Shown: piece after piece, positions 28,085 to 32,000 of the stretch
How positions within the stretch are numbered: the stretch's first letter is position 1
Layout: every line of letters starts with the position of its first letter
NCBI RefSeq assembly: GCF_000039765.1
Contig: NC_004459.3
Coordinates: 2,601,127 to 2,633,126 of the forward strand
From: Vibrio vulnificus CMCP6
GTDB taxonomy: Bacteria > Pseudomonadota > Gammaproteobacteria > Enterobacterales > Vibrionaceae
Direction of reading: 5' to 3'
Length of the DNA stretch: 32,000 bases
Translations under genes and position numbers: made by a program
The notes under the pieces: model-generated
What the model saw: only the letters and a program-made list of their open reading frames with translations
Database searches by the model: none
What the model was told of the DNA's origin: nothing

Positions 28085-30940
28085 ATGAAACTAATCAAAC
28101 GCTCAGACAGCGTCACGAAAGAGCAAAAACAGCTTGGCATTAGCCGTCGTGTATTTATGCGCAATAGTTCACTCGCTGCTGGTGGCGCGATTGCTGGAGC
28201 AAGCTTGTTTGCGCCAGGAATGATCCGTAAAGCGGAAGCGAAAAGTGTCGATGCGAGCGCACCTATCGAAGTAAAACGCACCATCTGTTCTCACTGCTCT
28301 GTAGGCTGTGGTATTTATGCAGAAGTGCAAAACGGTGTTTGGACGGGTCAAGAGCCAGCTTTTGATCACCCATTTAACGCTGGTGGTCACTGTGCCAAAG
28401 GCGCGGCATTACGCGAACACGGCCATGGTGAGCGTCGCTTAAAGTACCCAATGAAATTGGAAAACGGTAAGTGGAAAAAACTTTCGTGGGATCAAGCGAT
28501 CGAAGAGATCGGCAACAAAGTATTGGAAATTCGTGAGCAATCCGGCCCGGATTCTGTCTACTGGCTGGGCAGTGCCAAGCACAACAACGAGCAAGCGTAC
28601 ACCTTCCGTAAAATGGCATCGATGTGGGGCACCAACAACGTCGATCACCAAGCGCGTATCTGTCACTCCACCACGGTTGCTGGGGTAGCGAACACTTGGG
28701 GTTACGGCGCGATGACCAACTCCTTCAACGACATGCACAACTGTAAGTCGATGTTGTTCATTGGTTCAAACCCTGCCGAAGCCCACCCAGTCGCCATGCA
28801 GCACATCCTCATCGCCAAAGAGAAAAACAGCTGTAAGATCGTCGTTGCGGATCCTCGTCGCACACGCACCGCAGCAAAAGCGGATCACTATGTTTCTCTG
28901 CGCCCAGGTACCGATGTCGCGTTTATTTGGGGCGTGTTGTGGCATGTATTCAATAACAAATGGGAAGACAAAGAGTTCATTCGCCAACGCGTATTTGGTA
29001 TGGACGAGATTCGCGCTGAAGTGGCGAAATGGAACCCGAAAGAAGTTGAGCGTGTTACCGGTGTAAGCGAAGAAGACGTTTACCAAACAGCGAAACTGCT
29101 TTCTGAACATCGTCCGGGTTGTATCGTTTGGTGTATGGGCGGCACTCAGCACACGACGGGTAACAACAACACGCGTGCCTACTGCGTGCTTGAACTGGCG
29201 CTGGGCAACTTAGGTAAGTCCGGTGGCGGTGCGAACATTTTCCGTGGTCACGATAACGTGCAAGGCGCAACAGACCTTGGTGTGTTGTCACACACGCTTC
29301 CGGGCTACTACGGCTTGGCAGAAGGCTCATGGAAACATTGGGCGAAAGTGTGGGGCATCGATTTCGACTGGTTGAAAAACCGCTTTGACCAGAACAAGTA
29401 CAACGGCAAACAGCCGATGTTCAACATGGGTATTCCGGTGTCTCGTTGGATCGATGGTGTGCTGGAAAACAAAGACAGTATCGAACAAAACGACAACATT
29501 CGCGCCATGTTCTATTGGGGCCACGCGGTTAACTCGCAAACCCGCGGCGTAGAAATGAAGAAGGCGATGGAAAAACTCGACATGATGGTGATTGTCGACC
29601 CATATCCAACCGTCGCAGCCGTCATGAACGATCGCACCGATGGTGTCTATTTGCTTCCTGCAACAACTCAGTTTGAAACGCATGGCAGTGTGACGGCGTC
29701 AAACCGTTCCATCCAGTGGCGTGATCAAGTGATCGAACCGCTGTTTGAATCAAAACCCGATCATGAAATCATGTATCTATTGACCAAAAAGCTGGGTTTT
29801 GCCGATCAACTGTTTAAAAACGTTCGCGTTGTTAACAATCAACCCGTGATTGAAGACATCACTCGTGAGTTCAACAAAGGGATGTGGACCATTGGTTACA
29901 CTGGCCAAAGCCCTGAACGCTTAAAAGCACACCAACAAAATTGGCACACCTTCCACAAAACTACGTTGGAAGCAGAAGGCGGACCGGCGAATGGTGAAAC
30001 CTACGGTTTACCGTGGCCATGCTGGGGCACTCCAGAAATGAAGCACCCGGGAACCCACATTCTTTACGATACATCGAAACCTGTTGCACAGGGTGGTGGT
30101 ACCTTCCGTACACGTTTCGGCGTTGAGTTTGAAGGCAAGAGTCTGCTGGCCGATGGCAGCTACTCGAAAGACAGTGACATTCAAGATGGCTACCCAGAGT
30201 TCAGTGACAAACTGCTAAAACAACTGGGTTGGTGGGACGATCTGACTGCAGAAGAGAAAGTGCTCGCGGAAGGCAAAAACTGGAAAACCGACCTTTCAGG
30301 GGGTATCCAGCGTGTTGCCATCAAGCATGGCTGTATTCCTTTTGGTAACGGTAAAGCACGGACTATCGTGTGGGAGTTCCCAGATCGTGTGCCTCTGCAT
30401 CGTGAGCCTCTTTACACGCCACGTCGTGATTTGATTGCCGATTACCCAACATGGGATGACGCAGCTTCAATCTACCGTCTGCCAACGCTGTATAAGTCGA
30501 TTCAAGACCAAGATAAGTCGCAAGAGTATCCGATCATCCTCACTTCTGGCCGCTTGGTGGAATACGAAGGGGGCGGTGAAGAAACCCGTTCGAACCCTTG
30601 GTTGGCAGAACTGCAGCAAGAAATGTTCGTGGAAGTAAACCCGAAAGACGCCAACGATTTGGGCTTCAAAGATGGCGACATGGTTTGGGTTGAAGGGGCA
30701 GAGAAAGGCCGTATTCATGTTAAAGCCATGGTGACACGCCGTGTTAGACCAGGAATGGCATTCATTCCATTCCACTTTGGCGGCAAGTTCCAAGGTGAAG
30801 ACTTACGCAACAAGTACCCAGAAGGTACGGATCCGTACGTGATTGGTGAATCAGCAAACATCGCCACCACCTACGGTTACGATCCTGTCACTCAGATGCA
30901 GGAAACCAAAGTCACCCTCTGTAACATTCGTAAAGCGTAA
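28085..30940 (+). CDS. Formate dehydrogenase catalytic (alpha) subunit, Tat-exported, Mo/W-bis-MGD, cysteine-type
   Basis: SRRVFMRNSSLAAGG Tat signal; CSHCSVGCGIY 4Fe-4S motif; QARICHSTTVAGVANTWGYGAMTNS active-site region with Cys in place of Sec; full-length 951 aa. Confidence 0.94.
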   Translation: MKLIKRSDSVTKEQKQLGISRRVFMRNSSLAAGGAIAGASLFAPGMIRKAEAKSVDASAPIEVKRTICSHCSVGCGIYAEVQNGVWTGQEPAFDHPFNAGGHCAKGAALREHGHGERRLKYPMKLENGKWKKLSWDQAIEEIGNKVLEIREQSGPDSVYWLGSAKHNNEQAYTFRKMASMWGTNNVDHQARICHSTTVAGVANTWGYGAMTNSFNDMHNCKSMLFIGSNPAEAHPVAMQHILIAKEKNSCKIVVADPRRTRTAAKADHYVSLRPGTDVAFIWGVLWHVFNNKWEDKEFIRQRVFGMDEIRAEVAKWNPKEVERVTGVSEEDVYQTAKLLSEHRPGCIVWCMGGTQHTTGNNNTRAYCVLELALGNLGKSGGGANIFRGHDNVQGATDLGVLSHTLPGYYGLAEGSWKHWAKVWGIDFDWLKNRFDQNKYNGKQPMFNMGIPVSRWIDGVLENKDSIEQNDNIRAMFYWGHAVNSQTRGVEMKKAMEKLDMMVIVDPYPTVAAVMNDRTDGVYLLPATTQFETHGSVTASNRSIQWRDQVIEPLFESKPDHEIMYLLTKKLGFADQLFKNVRVVNNQPVIEDITREFNKGMWTIGYTGQSPERLKAHQQNWHTFHKTTLEAEGGPANGETYGLPWPCWGTPEMKHPGTHILYDTSKPVAQGGGTFRTRFGVEFEGKSLLADGSYSKDSDIQDGYPEFSDKLLKQLGWWDDLTAEEKVLAEGKNWKTDLSGGIQRVAIKHGCIPFGNGKARTIVWEFPDRVPLHREPLYTPRRDLIADYPTWDDAASIYRLPTLYKSIQDQDKSQEYPIILTSGRLVEYEGGGEETRSNPWLAELQQEMFVEVNPKDANDLGFKDGDMVWVEGAEKGRIHVKAMVTRRVRPGMAFIPFHFGGKFQGEDLRNKYPEGTDPYVIGESANIATTYGYDPVTQMQETKVTLCNIRKA

Positions 30941-30951
30941 GGAGTCTTGAA

Positions 30952-31560
30952 ATGGCTAGAATGAAATTCCTCTGCGACACCAAACGCTGCATCGAATGCA
31001 ACGGTTGTGTGACCGCTTGTAAAAATGAAAACGACGACGCATTAGAGTGGGGCATTCAGCGCCGCCGCGTTGTTACCTTGAACGATGGTGAACCGGGCGA
31101 AAACTCCATCTCAGTGGCCTGTATGCACTGTACCGATGCCCCTTGTATGGCGGTTTGTCCTGCAGACTGTTTTGAACATACCGAAGATGGCATTGTGCTC
31201 CACAACAAAGATCTGTGTATTGGTTGTGGTTACTGCCTGTTTGCTTGCCCATTTGGTGCGCCTCAGTTCCCGAAACAAGCCTCATTTGGCGAGCGTGGCA
31301 AAATGGACAAATGCACCTTCTGCGCCGGTGGTCCAAACACCGAACCGGGCTCAGAAGAAGAGCGTCTGAAGTATGGTGCCAACCGTATCGCAGAAGGCAA
31401 ACTGCCAATGTGTGCTTCGCTGTGTTCAACTAAGGCCCTCTTGGCAGGTGATGCAGAGAAAATCTCCGACATCTTCCGTCAACGTGTCGTGGAACGTGGT
31501 GCAAAAGAGGCCGGTTGGACCAACGGTGAAGATCTATCCTACGATGCAACTCGCAGCTAA
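30952..31560 (+). CDS. Formate dehydrogenase iron-sulfur (beta) subunit
   Basis: CDTKRCIECNGCVTACKNEN, CMHCTDAPCMAVCP, CIGCGYCLFACPFGAPQFP, CTFCAGG. Confidence 0.93.
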   Translation: MARMKFLCDTKRCIECNGCVTACKNENDDALEWGIQRRRVVTLNDGEPGENSISVACMHCTDAPCMAVCPADCFEHTEDGIVLHNKDLCIGCGYCLFACPFGAPQFPKQASFGERGKMDKCTFCAGGPNTEPGSEEERLKYGANRIAEGKLPMCASLCSTKALLAGDAEKISDIFRQRVVERGAKEAGWTNGEDLSYDATRS

Positions 31561-31574
31561 GTTTGGAGAGAGTC

Positions 31575-32000
31575 ATGTTACAAGCGCTTAAACGTGGTTC
31601 TCTTGCAGTACTGTCTTTTTGGACAGTACTGCTGTTGACCTTAAGCTTTACCACGGTGGCACAAGAAAAAGAGAACTCTGTCGATCAAACGGAAATGACG
31701 CAATTAGCCGGGGCCGATTTTTGGCGTCAAGTTAGGGCAGGTGAGGCGGGTTACACCACGTCGACCTTTCCTGAGCACGGCGTGCTTATCAGTACCCCAG
31801 GTCAAACTTGGTATCTGTTAAAAGAAAAATGGATGTCGCCTGCCGGAGCAATCGCCATTTTTGGCAGCATTGCGATGGTGATCATGGCGTATGTGTTTGT
31901 TGGCCCTTTGATGCTCAGCAAACCTCGCACAGGGAAAAAGATCAAACGCTGGTCACGATGGGATCGCGCGCTTCACTGGAGCATGGCGTTTACCTTTCTC
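31575..32000 (+). CDS. Formate dehydrogenase cytochrome b556 (gamma) subunit, truncated by the window end
   Basis: Open frame from ATG 31575: MLQALKRGSLAVLSFWTVLLLTLSFTTVAQ...GKKIKRWSRWDRALHWSMAFTFL (heme-b type helix start). Not in the supplied track. Confidence 0.88.
   Translation, partial: MLQALKRGSLAVLSFWTVLLLTLSFTTVAQEKENSVDQTEMTQLAGADFWRQVRAGEAGYTTSTFPEHGVLISTPGQTWYLLKEKWMSPAGAIAIFGSIAMVIMAYVFVGPLMLSKPRTGKKIKRWSRWDRALHWSMAFTFL

Noticed and set aside
28169-29508. Minus-strand ORFs within the formate dehydrogenase alpha gene
   Set aside because: Cover a well-conserved coding region and have implausible composition.
28085-30940. Selenocysteine-containing formate dehydrogenase
   Set aside because: No in-frame TGA at the active site; the codon in QARICHS is a normal Cys (TGT).
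1-32000. Mobile elements, CRISPR arrays, toxin-antitoxin, anti-phage islands or retrons
   Set aside because: No transposase/integrase ORFs, no direct-repeat arrays, no defence genes recognised. Gene content is ordinary housekeeping/metabolic Vibrio chromosome.

Overview
This looks like core-genome chromosome from a Vibrio species (inferred from gene content and protein similarity; no database search was run). I see no mobile element, CRISPR array, rRNA or tRNA. Main contents: a PAS-GGDEF diguanylate cyclase, two chemoreceptors, an NlpC/P60 lipoprotein, a fatty-acid-hydroxylase-type membrane protein, a DTW-domain (TapT-like) protein, N-acetylglucosamine kinase, a tungstate/molybdenum-cofactor block on the minus strand (tupA-tupB-tupC-mobA-mobB::moeA), a sigma-54-type response regulator with its Cache-type histidine kinase, an MscS-like channel coupled to a large membrane ATPase-like protein, the ABC-F protein YbiT, fdhD, and a Tat-exported Cys-type formate dehydrogenase cluster that runs off the right end. 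The most interesting signal is non-coding. A 17-bp palindromic motif (TGRGACAAAATRTCSCA) occurs between tupA and the sigma-54 regulator, and again in a small cluster including a perfect 16-bp inverted repeat upstream of the second formate dehydrogenase transcription unit. Each is placed about 100-175 nt upstream of a sequence with -24/-12 sigma-54 promoter spacing. This suggests an undocumented (to my knowledge) two-component sigma-54 regulon linking tungstate uptake, bis-MGD cofactor synthesis and formate dehydrogenase. A second interesting item is the MscS-coupled membrane 'ATPase', whose Walker A lysine and Walker B glutamate both appear replaced. The supplied ORF track also carries one strand error: 9873..10973 is listed as + but its protein is encoded on the minus strand.
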